This document shows positions 9,903 through 21,100 of a DNA stretch of 64,000 nt, piece after piece. The notes under the pieces are model-generated. The model was given only the letters and a program-made list of their open reading frames with translations. It had not been told where the DNA came from and searched no databases. The stretch is from Bdellovibrionota bacterium (GTDB lineage Bacteria; Bdellovibrionota_C; UBA2361; CALJRW01). The number at the start of each line of letters is the position of its first letter. Within the stretch, counting starts at the first letter, position 1. Both the position numbers and the translations under genes were made by a program. The stretch covers positions 160,001 through 224,000 of the forward strand of contig JBGSMD010000016.1 of assembly GCA_041740355.1 (NCBI GenBank), in the 5' to 3' direction.

Positions 9903-10063
9903 AATTTGATTCTGTATTATTATCGAAAGGTCCCCGATTAAACTAAATTCTTAATTAATGAATTATTAAGTTTAATGATTGTGAGAGTCTTTAAATTATA
10001 AATTAAAGTATTAATTTATTCCTTACAAAAAACTGTTAGCTATTTTTATAAATTTTTATACGA

Positions 10064-11020
10064 ATGAAAATCTTTCTAATCTCACTTCTATTACTTGTGA
10101 ATCTAAATATTGCAGCTGAGACAATAGTTCCAGAAGCATATAAGTCTCAGTTCAAACCCATATCAATTGATCCAAGTATTAATGATCCGAAACTACAAGA
10201 TAGAATAAAACTTGGGAAAAGACTCTACTTTGAAACAAAGCTTTCTCAAGCGGGCGACATCTCCTGTAATTCCTGTCATCAATTAGATAATTATGGAGTA
10301 GATGGAAAACAATTTTCAGAAGGACATAAGAAACAATTAGGCAATAGAAATTCACCAACTGTCATGAATGCCGGATTACACTTTTTACAATTTTGGGATG
10401 GTCGGGCAAAGAATGTCGAAGAGCAAGCCTTGGGTCCCATTATGAATCCAGTCGAAATGGCTATGAAATCAGAGAAACAAGTTGTCTCTCGAATTAAAGC
10501 TGATCAAACATATGTGGAACAATTTACTAAAGCATTTCCAATGGATAAAAATCCACTTAGCTTTCAAAATATTGGAAATGCAATTGGAGCCTTTGAAAGA
10601 ACATTAATTACCCCTTCAAAGTTCGATGAGTACCTTAAAGGTAATGAAAGCGCCTTAAGCGAAGAAGAAAAACGAGGTTTTGTAAAATTTGTGGAAAGTG
10701 GCTGTAGTAGTTGTCACAATGGCGTGGGACTTGGTGGTCAAATGTTCCAAAAACTTGGTTTAGTTAAACCTTATTTAACTAAAGATACTGGTCGAGCTGA
10801 AATCACTGGTAAAGAAGAAGATCGTTTTATGTTCAAAGTTCCAACTCTTCGGAATGTTGAGAAAACTAGTCCCTACTTTCATGATGGAAGTATCAAACAT
10901 TTGGATCAAGCAGTTCGATTGATGGCTCAGCATCAATTAGGAAGAGAATTAAGTGATAATGAGATAACAGATATTATAAAATTTCTTAACACATTAACCG
11001 GTGAGTTAGATAATAATTAG
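10064..11020 (+). CDS. Di-haem cytochrome c peroxidase (CcpA/MauG family)
   Basis: Signal peptide; CNSCH and CSSCH; RNSPTV.NA, QFWDGRA, GPIMNPVEM, FKVPTLRNV and PYFHDG motifs. Confidence 0.93.
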   Translation: MKIFLISLLLLVNLNIAAETIVPEAYKSQFKPISIDPSINDPKLQDRIKLGKRLYFETKLSQAGDISCNSCHQLDNYGVDGKQFSEGHKKQLGNRNSPTVMNAGLHFLQFWDGRAKNVEEQALGPIMNPVEMAMKSEKQVVSRIKADQTYVEQFTKAFPMDKNPLSFQNIGNAIGAFERTLITPSKFDEYLKGNESALSEEEKRGFVKFVESGCSSCHNGVGLGGQMFQKLGLVKPYLTKDTGRAEITGKEEDRFMFKVPTLRNVEKTSPYFHDGSIKHLDQAVRLMAQHQLGRELSDNEITDIIKFLNTLTGELDNN

Positions 11021-11084
11021 AATAGAAAGTCTATCAAGGACTTATACAAGGAAATTATTTTTTGGGCTTAAACTTCAAGTATTC

Positions 11085-11114
11085 AAAGACTGATTTTTAT
11101 AAAAATAAGTCTTT
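11085..11114. terminator. AT-rich hairpin between the convergent peroxidase gene and arsA
   Basis: aaagactgattttt-at-aaaaataagtcttt inverted repeat. Confidence 0.35.
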
Positions 11115-11196
11115 ATAAACTTTTCAAAACTAAGTCTTACACTCGATGGGTTTTAGTATGAGCTTTTCTCCGTAAATAAGCATCTATATATCTAAC

Positions 11197-12990
11197 TCAT
11201 AATTTTAAAGTTTTTGTTGCCAGTTGTTCTAAGGCAACTGGACCAACAGGCTCTTCCGCTTGCCAAGGTAAGCAAGCAGTTCTAGTTGAAAGTTCTTTAA
11301 CTACTTCAACTATGTAACGATGCTCAGCTTCTTCTCGTTTTTGCAGAAGTGGATCACAAGATCCGCTATTTAGAAGACTCTGATTAATAACCCAAGCATA
11401 TGGCTCTATTCCTGCACGGCGTAAATCATCCTGTAGTCCAGAGGCCTCATGCACTGGGGTTGCTTCGGGAAGTGCGACTAGCAGTATATGAGTGAAGCTT
11501 GGATCTCTTAATCGTTCAAGAAGATGTAAAACTTCTTCCGGCTGAGTGCTACGAGCCTGCCGCTCAAGTTCCTTTTGATAGGCTTCGCTAGCATCAAGAA
11601 GTAATAATGTGTGACCTGTTGGCGCAGTATCTAAAACAACAAAGCGATCTGTTCCTTGTCCAACTTCACGCGCAAAAGCGCGAAACACAGCGATCTCTTC
11701 CGTGCATGGTGATCGCAAGTCTTCCTCTAGTAATGATCGTGCTGCTTGATCCATCTCGGCACTTTGTTTTTGTATTACTTCAACTTGGTAGGCAGTTGTC
11801 TCCGCAATTGGATCAATCTTGCTTAAAGTTAAACCTGCTACTTTACCAGCTAGAGTTTGTGCTAAATGCGCAGCAGGATCTGTCGTGCTTAAGTGAACAG
11901 AATGTCCACGATTGGCGAGAGTAACTGCAATTGCTGCCGCTATTGTGGTTTTACCTACGCCCCCTTTACCCATGGTCATAATAACACCATGTCCTAGTTT
12001 TTCCATACTAGCGACAAGAGTTTCTAAGCTTTCCATGGATGGAGGAGTCCACTTAACTAATTCACGTTTAGCTTCAGTAGCTAGCTCCTGATTAACTGAT
12101 AACAGTGCGCGTAGACCTTCAATTCCTAAAATATTGATCGCTCTGAGTGGCACTTGAAATGTTGGCATGCTTTCAATAAATTCCTTCGCGGAAGCAATGG
12201 CTGATTGCCCACGTTGCTGCATGGCTTGTGCGGTAAGATCTTCGGGGCAACTGGTTTCAAATATTCCATTTATAACTAAGCACTGATTACTTACTCCTAA
12301 TGTGCGGAGTTCATTGGAAGTCCGCTCGGCCTCACGTAGTGCCGCTCCTTGAGGTCTACTCACAAGAACAAGCGTTGTTGCTGTTGCATCCGATAGTGTT
12401 TTAACTGTATTTTCATAAATTACTCTTTGCTTTTCTAATCCAGCAAGAGGCCCAAGACAAGAAGTACCACTAGTACTATTATCTAGAAATTGATCCCAAG
12501 CTTTGGCTAGGCTCATTAACCTAAGAGTGTGACCCGTCGGTGCAGTATCAAAAATTACATGGTCATATAACTTAGTCGTTTCAGGATCTCCAATTAAACC
12601 GGAGAACTCATCGAAAGCTGCGATTTCGACTGTGCAAGAACCAGAGAGTTGTTCTTCCATACTGGCTAGCGCCGCAGCTGGAAGCAAACCCCTCATCGGT
12701 GCAATTAATTTTTCCCGATAAGCTGCTGCTGCCGCAACTGGATTAATATTAATTGCGTCAAGTCCTAGCGCACCTGCAATCACAGTTGGGATATTCGTTA
12801 ACTTGGTTTCTAGAACTTCATCTAGATTAGATGCTGGATCAGTACTCACTAATAAAACACGTTTGCCAGCTTCAACTAATTTAAGAGCAGTTGCACAGGA
12901 CAGTGAAGTCTTACCCACTCCGCCCTTGCCTGTAAAAAATAAGTAGCGGGAAGTTTTAGCAGAGTCTGGTTGATAAAATTGAATATTCAT
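11197..12990 (-). CDS. arsA: Arsenical pump-driving ATPase ArsA
   Basis: Two GKGGVGKT Walker A motifs, two DTAPTGHT motifs, metal-binding Cys (GSCT, TSCLGP, SPCTEE). Start moved to ATG at 12990 (MNIQFY), just after the arsD stop; the ORF-track start overlaps arsD. Confidence 0.95.
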   Translation of the reverse strand: MNIQFYQPDSAKTSRYLFFTGKGGVGKTSLSCATALKLVEAGKRVLLVSTDPASNLDEVLETKLTNIPTVIAGALGLDAININPVAAAAAYREKLIAPMRGLLPAAALASMEEQLSGSCTVEIAAFDEFSGLIGDPETTKLYDHVIFDTAPTGHTLRLMSLAKAWDQFLDNSTSGTSCLGPLAGLEKQRVIYENTVKTLSDATATTLVLVSRPQGAALREAERTSNELRTLGVSNQCLVINGIFETSCPEDLTAQAMQQRGQSAIASAKEFIESMPTFQVPLRAINILGIEGLRALLSVNQELATEAKRELVKWTPPSMESLETLVASMEKLGHGVIMTMGKGGVGKTTIAAAIAVTLANRGHSVHLSTTDPAAHLAQTLAGKVAGLTLSKIDPIAETTAYQVEVIQKQSAEMDQAARSLLEEDLRSPCTEEIAVFRAFAREVGQGTDRFVVLDTAPTGHTLLLLDASEAYQKELERQARSTQPEEVLHLLERLRDPSFTHILLVALPEATPVHEASGLQDDLRRAGIEPYAWVINQSLLNSGSCDPLLQKREEAEHRYIVEVVKELSTRTACLPWQAEEPVGPVALEQLATKTLKL

Positions 12991-12994
12991 ATCA

Positions 12995-13318
12995 TTACTT
13001 TTCATCCTCTGCCAAAGCTGCCCGAGAAAAAGCTGGGCGCTCAATCCCAGTTGGATAACGACCTGTTAAATATATCTGACCATCAATAAATATAGCAGGG
13101 AGTGCATCAGTGCCTTCCTTTTCCAACAGTTCTTTAACTGCTATATTTTGCGCAAAGGCCATTGCCTGTTGAGTCAAATTAAAGCGTTCCACCTTGACCC
13201 CTTGCTCAGCTAACTTTGATAAGGTCGACGCGAAGTTAACAAGGTCGGGATTAATTTCCGTTCCACATACTCCGGTAGCACAACACATTGGCGGGTCATA
13301 TACTTGAATTGTTTTCAT
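12995..13318 (-). CDS. arsD: Arsenite metallochaperone ArsD
   Basis: YDPPMCCATGVCG motif and GRYPT. Confidence 0.95.
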   Translation of the reverse strand: MKTIQVYDPPMCCATGVCGTEINPDLVNFASTLSKLAEQGVKVERFNLTQQAMAFAQNIAVKELLEKEGTDALPAIFIDGQIYLTGRYPTGIERPAFSRAALAEDEK

Positions 13319-13333
13319 TTTAACTTTTCCTAA

Positions 13334-14440
13334 TTAAATTATATTTTGTTTAAAAAACTTTTCTTTAAATAATAATGATACTTTGACTAAGCCCATTAGT
13401 ACGGGAACTTCGACTAAGGGACCAATAACTGCGGCAAAAGCTGCTCCAGAATTGATTCCAAAAACACCGATTGCGACTGCAATTGCTAATTCGAAATTAT
13501 TACTGGCTGCGGTGAAACTTAAGGTTGCAGCTTTGTCATAGTTAGCTCCTGCTTTGTAGCTTAGGTAAAAGGAGACTAAGAACATAACGACAAAATAGAC
13601 TAGCAGTGGAACTGCAATTCGCATCACACCAAATGGTAGGGCAATTATGTATTCGCCTTTAAGAGAAAACATAACCACAATTGTAAAAAGTAGTGCAATT
13701 AATGTTAGCGGACTAATCATGGGTATGAATTTTGTTTGATACCATTCTATGCCTTTTTTTCTAACTAGAAAAAAGCGCGAAGCCATTCCAGCTAAAAAGG
13801 GAATTCCTAAGTAAATAAAAACACTTTTGGCAATTTCAGCAATTGTAATACTTGATAGATCAACTGATTCAAAATCGAAACCAAATAGCGGCGGTAAGAT
13901 TTTTATAAAAACATAAGCAAAGACTGAAAAGAAAAGAACTTGAAAAATGGAATTAAAAGCAACAAGTCCCGCCGCATAATCTGAATCCCCTTTAGCCAAA
14001 TCATTCCAAACAAGTACCATAGCAATGCAACGAGCTAGGCCAATCATTATTAGTCCAATGGCGTATTCTGGTTTATCACTTAAGAAAAGTAATGCCAGCA
14101 CAAACATTAAGAGCGGGCCAATTATCCAATTCTGAATTAAACTCAGACCTAATATTTTCCAATCCTTAAATACTCTAGGCAACTCTTCATATCTCACCTT
14201 GGCAAGAGGCGGATACATCATCACAATTAGCCCTAGGGCAATTGGAATTGAAGTAGTTCCTACAGAAAGTGAAGTAAGCAGAGTAACAGCTGATGGAGCA
14301 AAGAAGCCAATTCCTATCCCCACTCCCATAGCAAGGAATATCCAAAGTGTAAGCCAACGATCTAGAAAGGAAAGTTTCCCTAATGCGCTAGGGCATAAGA
14401 CGGAGTCACAGGATAAACTCTGCTTGAGATTCTTGTTCAT
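13334..14440 (-). CDS. acr3: ACR3-family arsenite efflux transporter
   Basis: [45 protein letters not shown] and GPLVEVPV motifs. Confidence 0.95.
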   Translation of the reverse strand: MNKNLKQSLSCDSVLCPSALGKLSFLDRWLTLWIFLAMGVGIGIGFFAPSAVTLLTSLSVGTTSIPIALGLIVMMYPPLAKVRYEELPRVFKDWKILGLSLIQNWIIGPLLMFVLALLFLSDKPEYAIGLIMIGLARCIAMVLVWNDLAKGDSDYAAGLVAFNSIFQVLFFSVFAYVFIKILPPLFGFDFESVDLSSITIAEIAKSVFIYLGIPFLAGMASRFFLVRKKGIEWYQTKFIPMISPLTLIALLFTIVVMFSLKGEYIIALPFGVMRIAVPLLVYFVVMFLVSFYLSYKAGANYDKAATLSFTAASNNFELAIAVAIGVFGINSGAAFAAVIGPLVEVPVLMGLVKVSLLFKEKFFKQNII

Positions 14441-14895
14441 AAAAATCTCTGATCAAGTAAAGCTTCCGGTAGTGTTTTAACATATTCTTTAATCTCATCT
14501 CTCACTCTTCGGTAATGAGGAAGTGCTTCATCCTCAGATTTAGCTCCTTCTGCGAGCTTGGGCGGATCTTCAAATCCAGCATGTAACTTCTTTGTCAGAC
14601 CTGGCAGAATTGGACAGGCTTCACTTGCTGCATCACAAACTGTCACTACATAATCAAAGTTGACCCCAATTAGTGAATTAATATGCTTTGAAGTTTGTTT
14701 TGTAAGATCAATTCCAACTTCTGCCATCACTTTAACAGCTAAAGGATTAATAGCTTGAGGAGTTGTTCCCGCTGAGTAAGGTTCAATCCTTTCTCCCTTA
14801 AGTTCTCTAGCCCAACCTTCAGCCATCTGACTTCGACAAGAATTTCCAGTACACAGAAAAAGAATTTTTATTTTTACTTCTGAGTTAAGTGTCAT
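14437..14895 (-). CDS. arsC: Thioredoxin-coupled arsenate reductase ArsC (LMW-PTP fold)
   Basis: [14 protein letters not shown]-loop, VTVCD...EACP redox Cys pair, F.DP. Confidence 0.95.
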   Translation of the reverse strand: MTLNSEVKIKILFLCTGNSCRSQMAEGWARELKGERIEPYSAGTTPQAINPLAVKVMAEVGIDLTKQTSKHINSLIGVNFDYVVTVCDAASEACPILPGLTKKLHAGFEDPPKLAEGAKSEDEALPHYRRVRDEIKEYVKTLPEALLDQRFL

Positions 14896-15281
14896 TTATT
14901 TTTCCTTTTTCTTATTGGAATGAGTTTTGTGTTGCCTAACGAACAATCTTCAAAGGCCTGGGCTAAATTTTTAAGTACTGTTGTAACTGCTTCATATCTG
15001 ACTTTGTAAAATACAGTTCGACCCTCCTTGTAAGATTCTACAATATTTGCAGTTGCAAGTATCGATAGGTGTCTGGAAACTACTGAAAAATCAACATGGC
15101 AACACTCAGCTAATTCTGATACGGAGCAAGCTCGACCACATTTTGCTAAGCAAGCAAGAAGTTTATTTCTAGTAGGATCACTTAGAGCCCGAAAGAGCGC
15201 TACGGCTAAAAGTTCGTCAATCTCCCCAGTAAGGGAAGCAGCTACTTTGGGGGAATCTGGTTTTTTGCATGTTTGCACCAT
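14892..15281 (-). CDS. arsR: ArsR/SmtB-family repressor
   Basis: FRALSDPTR, SVSELAECC..D.SVVSRHL HTH and EGRTVFY; first gene of the ars operon. Confidence 0.92.
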   Translation of the reverse strand: MVQTCKKPDSPKVAASLTGEIDELLAVALFRALSDPTRNKLLACLAKCGRACSVSELAECCHVDFSVVSRHLSILATANIVESYKEGRTVFYKVRYEAVTTVLKNLAQAFEDCSLGNTKLIPIRKRKNK

Positions 15282-15316
15282 AATGCAAGTATTACTAACA
15301 AATTCTTAAATGTCAA
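15273..15316 (-). promoter_or_regulatory. ars promoter and operator (probably a leaderless transcript)
   Basis: Minus-strand TTGACA at 15316-15311 and TAATACT ~16 nt downstream; palindrome TTGCA-N6-TGCAA (15273-15288) straddles the arsR ATG. Confidence 0.55.
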
Positions 15317-15388
15317 TTAATATTTAATTTTATCTGCGATATTTATTGTGTTGGTGCTTACTAAACACAAAATTATTTACTGGCGCAG

Positions 15389-17812
15389 TTAGGCATCAGA
15401 TTTGGCAAGTATTTGATCAAATAGATCTTGAAATTCCTTAACTGGCTTTGCCCCTTTAACTAGCTGCCCATTTATTAAAAACATTGGCGTACCATTAATA
15501 CCGGCAATTTCCCCCTTCTCAACATTATCTTTAATCTGTTTAATTTTTACTTTACTTTCAACACATGTACGAAAATCCTGCAGATCTAATCCTAGCACTT
15601 CAGCATAGTCATAAATCTTGGACTGATTGCTGTTTTTCATGTCGGAGTATAACTTATTAGCATACTCGAGGTATTTACTTTGATCTCCTGCGCATAATGT
15701 TGCATTAGCCAAGGTAATCTCTGGTTCTCGCATGATTAAAGGATAATCTAAGAATTTAAATTCCACTAAGCCTTTTTCCACATACTCTTTTGTTAATGTG
15801 GGTAAGGTATCAAAGAACCAATACTTACACATTCCACATTTTAGATCATGGAATACTTCTACTTTAATTACTGCCTCTGGGTCTCCAAGTGAAGATCCTT
15901 TGGCGTAGATTGATTTCTTAGTCAGTTTTATAATATCCACACTAGCCCTAATGCTGTCAGGTATAGTTATAGGCTCATCGTACGATATACCGTAAAAAGG
16001 ATGAGGGGGCCTCCTAGTTGGACTTGGGCTCGGATCTGGACTTGGATCCTCTTCAAGGCAATCTGAATGATCCTCGCAAGTATCTTCCCCCTCACCCTCT
16101 GTCTGATGACAATATTCGCCATCACATTCTTTGTGCCCGCATTCAGAATCTGACGTGCACTGATCAGATTCTTTGCCAGCTACTTGTGTACAATATCCGC
16201 TATTGCAGGCGGCATAAGTACAATCTGTGGATTGTGCACATTCATCCTCACCTTCTCCACTCTCAAGTGTGCAATATATACCTTCGCAAATACGGTGTGA
16301 ACAATCATCGCTTGAACTGCAAGTATCTGTTCCAGAACCTGAAACTTGTTTGCAAGTTCCATTACTATTACATTCCTTATGACCACATTCACTATTTGAA
16401 GTACATTCATCTTCCTCTGTTCCAGCAGTGTATTCACAATATCCACTTTCATTACAGGCCTTATAGATGCAATCCATGCTAGTCTCACAGCTGTCTTGTC
16501 CCTTACCAGGAGTTGGCATACAAGTTTGATCATGACATTCTAGATGAGAACAGTCATCATCTGTGGAACAGTTGTCAACGCCAGGGCCATTAAAAGTCTC
16601 GCAGGTGTTAACATCACAGCTCTTATACTGATGTTCGCAATCAGTATCTATCGTACATTCATCCTCTCCAGCTTCATCTTTTTGAACGCAATATCCATCA
16701 GGATCACATTCCTTGTGCTTACAATCTGTATCGCTGGTACAAGTGTCGGATCCAGAACCTGAAACTTGTTTGCAGATTCCATTACTATTACATTCTTTAT
16801 GCCCACATTCAGAATCGCTAGTACAGGTATCATCTCCCTCTCCCGATACTCTGGCGCAGATGCCATCACTGTTACAGTCTTTATGATGACTGCAATCTTC
16901 AGGTCCAGAACACTGATCCAAGCCTGGAGTTCTAATCACTTTACAAAATCCTTCAGCATCACATTCATTATGCCGACGACAATTTGAATTGTCGGCACAT
17001 TGATCTGTTCCGGCACCCTGCACCGCTTCGCAGAGATTACCATTGCATGCTAAATGAGTATTTGAAGAATTTTTCGTATAAATCGCAGGATCTTCCGGCA
17101 GGTCTTCAGCATTATCTAAGAAACCTGTTTCAATCTCCGTATTTGAAATGTCGCCGTTCTCAGCATTAACAGGAGTCAAGGGGACCTCAATAGCATTTTT
17201 GATGGGTAAGCCATCTTTATCAAAAAACACTATTATAACTGACTCGATTCCCAAGTTAGGATTGATACTATTAGCAGAAAACTCACTTCCAAATTTGATC
17301 TCGATATCTTGATCCTTTTTCTCAATGAACTTCTGGTCGGCAATGCTTTTAATATTTTCTATTTGAAAATAATCTGGATGATTAAAGTTATATAATAACT
17401 CAGCTCTAGCTTCGGGATTTACTATTCCATACACCTTAGCCTCTTGTGTCAGTCTAATTTTCGAATACTTGTTAAAAATCTTAAATTTACCTGTACTCGG
17501 GATTTTTTTTAAAACATAAATCTTAGCAGATGGGCTAGTTTTTAAGATCTTCCCAGTGTATTTTTTTAACATCTTAGCGACTAAGACTCTCTGTTTTAAA
17601 TTTGTAAGATTTTGATCAAAGGCTTTAAAGCTTTTTGCTCCTTCCGGGAACTTAACAATCGCCGGGCTAGTTTGGTAATTTATAGAGTTTAAACTTAAAT
17701 TTTTAGGAAAGGAGTCGCGTTTTAGTAGGGTGCGCAAAGTCGGTATACCGACTAAGGAGATTAAAATTAGAAATATTAGGAGGAGGATAGAAATTTGAAT
17801 TATTTTTTTCAT
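15389..17812 (-). CDS. Exported protein with 12 Cys-rich repeats and a C-terminal DsbA/thioredoxin domain
   Basis: N-terminal hydrophobic segment; repeats H..C.{4-5}C....G.G.D.C....DC; Pro/Ser linker; LGDPEA, CGMC active site, GINGTP cis-Pro loop. Confidence 0.85.
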   Translation of the reverse strand: MKKIIQISILLLIFLILISLVGIPTLRTLLKRDSFPKNLSLNSINYQTSPAIVKFPEGAKSFKAFDQNLTNLKQRVLVAKMLKKYTGKILKTSPSAKIYVLKKIPSTGKFKIFNKYSKIRLTQEAKVYGIVNPEARAELLYNFNHPDYFQIENIKSIADQKFIEKKDQDIEIKFGSEFSANSINPNLGIESVIIVFFDKDGLPIKNAIEVPLTPVNAENGDISNTEIETGFLDNAEDLPEDPAIYTKNSSNTHLACNGNLCEAVQGAGTDQCADNSNCRRHNECDAEGFCKVIRTPGLDQCSGPEDCSHHKDCNSDGICARVSGEGDDTCTSDSECGHKECNSNGICKQVSGSGSDTCTSDTDCKHKECDPDGYCVQKDEAGEDECTIDTDCEHQYKSCDVNTCETFNGPGVDNCSTDDDCSHLECHDQTCMPTPGKGQDSCETSMDCIYKACNESGYCEYTAGTEEDECTSNSECGHKECNSNGTCKQVSGSGTDTCSSSDDCSHRICEGIYCTLESGEGEDECAQSTDCTYAACNSGYCTQVAGKESDQCTSDSECGHKECDGEYCHQTEGEGEDTCEDHSDCLEEDPSPDPSPSPTRRPPHPFYGISYDEPITIPDSIRASVDIIKLTKKSIYAKGSSLGDPEAVIKVEVFHDLKCGMCKYWFFDTLPTLTKEYVEKGLVEFKFLDYPLIMREPEITLANATLCAGDQSKYLEYANKLYSDMKNSNQSKIYDYAEVLGLDLQDFRTCVESKVKIKQIKDNVEKGEIAGINGTPMFLINGQLVKGAKPVKEFQDLFDQILAKSDA
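16058..17056 (-). repeat. Intragenic array of 12 four-Cys repeats of ~27-29 aa
   Basis: Counted from the translation; near-identical units such as GHKECNSNG.CKQVSGSG.DTC at two positions. Confidence 0.9.
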
Positions 17813-17819
17813 ATAATTT

Positions 17820-17869
17820 TAGTTAAGACTAGTTAAGACTAATATTAGTCTAACTATCTGACTAGTCAA
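17820..17869. promoter_or_regulatory. Nested direct/inverted repeat operator upstream of the Cys-repeat/DsbA gene
   Basis: tagttaagac x2, palindrome tagttaagactaa-ta-ttagtctaacta, and TGACTAGTCA overlapping a minus-strand TTGACT. Confidence 0.5.
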
Positions 17870-18102
17870 AAAAGCTAGTTGAGCGTTCTTGGGAGGATCT
17901 ATCTTAAAATGGTACAATATTAGTTATGCTAGCCAATATGGTAAATGTGATTTTGAAGTGTTTTTCAGTCAGAAACATCTTTAATTTCACTTAAAGAGCA
18001 GGAGTTTATATCCAACGCTAAGCTAATTTTTTGAAATAAATAGATTATTAAAATTTTTTTAACTAATAATATCATAGACAATAAGTAAAACTACCGTACC
18101 GC

Positions 18103-21100
18103 CTAATGTACTTTCACACACTTTGTTTTTGTTCGATTAGCTTTAGTGCCTTCTTTACAGATCTTACATTTATTAGCGCCTGATTTTTTAGTAACACTTC
18201 CTTTCGGACAAGCTAAACAAGAGCTCGCACCCAAAGTAGGCGAATAGCTACCAGGGAAACATTTAGAGCAGGTAACAGATCCAAGGTTAGAACTAAATTC
18301 TCCAAGCGGGCATTGTAAACAACTAGCCCCGCCAGTTGAACTATACTGACCAAGGGGACAGGCGATACAATTATTACTGCCTTCAAATGCGGCAAAGGAT
18401 CCGGGAGAACACTCCGTGCAACTACTCTGACCAGCAGTACTTGAAAATGTTCCAACTTCGCAATCCTTACAACTGGTTCCAGGAGAAGTGTCAGAATAAG
18501 ATCCTTTAGTACAAGGAATACATTCACGCGCACCTGCTAAACTATAGGAACCAAACGGACACGGCAAACAGGAGGAAGCTGCAGCATTTGCTTGAAAATA
18601 TCCGGCGGGACAATCTTGACAGTTACTAGATCCTACCAAACTAAATGTTCCTGCTGGGCATGTGCTACAACTAGATAATCTGGAATTTTCTGCGAACGCT
18701 CCTGCCGGACAAGCTTCACATACCGAAGATCCTTCTGCAACGCTTACTGTTCCAGGAATACAGTCATTACAGGCAGATGCTCCCGATTCAGATTTAAAAC
18801 TTCCGGCAGCACAACTCTTACATGAATCAGCATCAGCGTTATCATTATAGAATCCTGAAGGACATGAAAGACATGCTGTTCGGTCTGGACTTCTGTATTT
18901 TCCACGTCCACAACTTAAGCAATTAGTAAATCCATTGGCACTAATCTGTCCTTCAGGACAATCAAGACAATTTAACATTCCAGTTGCATTAGCATAGGTT
19001 CCGGCAGTACAGCTTTGGCACGATGTTTGTCCAATATTATAATTGAAATTACCAACAGCACATGGCTCACAATTACTAGCAGAATTATTACTACTAAACG
19101 TTCCTCCTGGACATGACTGACAGCTAGCGGATCCAGAAATACTAAAAGTTCCTGCTAAACAATCAGTGCATACGAGATCCCCCAATGCGGCAAACTTACC
19201 AGCAGGACAGGCAGAACAAATTCCAGAAATTTCGATTGTACCTTCGGGGCAAGGATTACAAATGGACGATCCCTCAAAACTGGAGGTGCCATCGGAGCAT
19301 GGGAGACAAGCACTCGAACCTGCTATTGAAGAATAGGTCCCTTCTGGACAAGGAGTACAAATTCCTGCCCCTTGATCACTATAAGTACCTGGTGAACAAG
19401 GAGTGCAAGTTGCATCACCTGCATTACTAAATGTTCCAGCAATACACGCAGAACAAGAACTCGAACTTGGATTAGAAAAACTTCCTGCTGAGCAGATAGT
19501 ACATTCAGAAGCATTTGCTCCAGAGTATTTACCAGCCGGACAGCTTAGACATTCACTTAACCCAGCCTCACTACTATATTTACCAGGGGCACAGTTAGTA
19601 CAAATCGCCGAACCAGGTGTGTCGTTATATTTTCCAGCAGGACAATCACTACAACTTGAATCACCTTCAGCACTTATTGTTCCAATTGGACAATTGGTAC
19701 ATGAACTTGATGCCGTGGCACTGAATTTACCAGCTGGGCATGCACTGCATAGACTTGATCCACTACTAGCAAATGTACCTCCTAAACAATTAGTGCAGGC
19801 GCTAGCACCTGCAGTACTAATCATTCCTCCAGCACATGGCTGACAAACTCCCGAAGCTTCTTCACTAAATGTTCCAGCTAAACACTGCTCACAAGTTGAA
19901 CTTCCAACAGTTGAGAAATATCCGGCGTTGCAATTTACACAGGACGCTTCGCCAACATTTTCACTTTTAGTTCCAGCAGGACATAGCGAACAAGAATCGG
20001 AACCAATAGTACTATAACTACCACTGGCACATTGACTACATACGGAATCACCACTTGCGGAGTAAGTTCCAGCAACACAACTAGAGCAGCTGCTAGCACC
20101 ATCAGTACTTATTTTACCCGCAGGGCAATTAGTACAAGAAGCTGCGGATGCTGAACTGAATGTTCCTGCCACACATTGACTACAAACGGAATCTCCATTT
20201 GTGGAGTAAGTGCCAGCAAGACAATCAGTACAAGTGCTAGCACCGACTGTACTAATTTTACCTGCAGGGCAATTAGTACAGGAACCTGCGGCAGCGGAAC
20301 TAAATGTTCCAGCAGCACATTGTGAACATATAGAATCTCCACTTGAAGAATATGTTCCAGCAAGACAATTAGTGCATAAGCTAGCACCAGCAGTACTAAT
20401 TTTACCAGCGGGACAATTAGTACAAGAAGTTGCTGCTGCCGAACTAAACGACCCTGCAACACATTGACTACAACTGGAATCGCCTGAAGTTGAAAAAGTT
20501 CCAGCTAAACAGTTTGTGCATAAATTCGATCCTTCGGGACTTGTAGTTCCTGCCGGGCAATTGTAACAATATGTAGATCCACTAGCACTATTAAATTTAC
20601 CGGCAGGACAAGGGTCGCATGAAGTTAAACCTGTTCCTAAATTAAATTCACCTGCTGGACAAGGAGTACATTCCTCTGCTCCATATGCGTCACTAAATTT
20701 TCCTTGCGGGCAAAGTAAACATTCATTTGCTGCCTCTAATGGAGCATAACTTCCCTCAGCACAGAAGGCACATGCCGTTGCGCCGGAAGTACTAGTAAAA
20801 CTTCCTTTAACACAAGGTTCACAAATTCTAGCATCGGGTGTTTTGGCAAATCCTTCTGGGCAAGGAGCTGCTAATGTACAACTTAATAATCCCGGACCAT
20901 CTGAATTAATTAACGATGCTGATAATTTCCCACACCTTCCTGTTGTTGCACCGCAATCTATATCTAAAGTACAAGAATCTCCTAAATTAGATACTCCACT
21001 AACTGCAATACAAGTATTATGCTTATCCTGTATATCAATAAGTATTCGATCCACAAGTGGAAAGGACTCTTTTACTACTGCATTGGAGAGACAAGTAAAA

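Noticed and set aside
12991-13044. N-terminal extension of ArsA in the ORF track
   Set aside because: Overlaps arsD; the ATG at 12990 just after the arsD stop gives a typical ArsA length
16018-17169. Several short alternative-frame and antisense ORFs over the Cys-repeat/DsbA gene
   Set aside because: Shadows of a repetitive coding region, with no RBS or motifs
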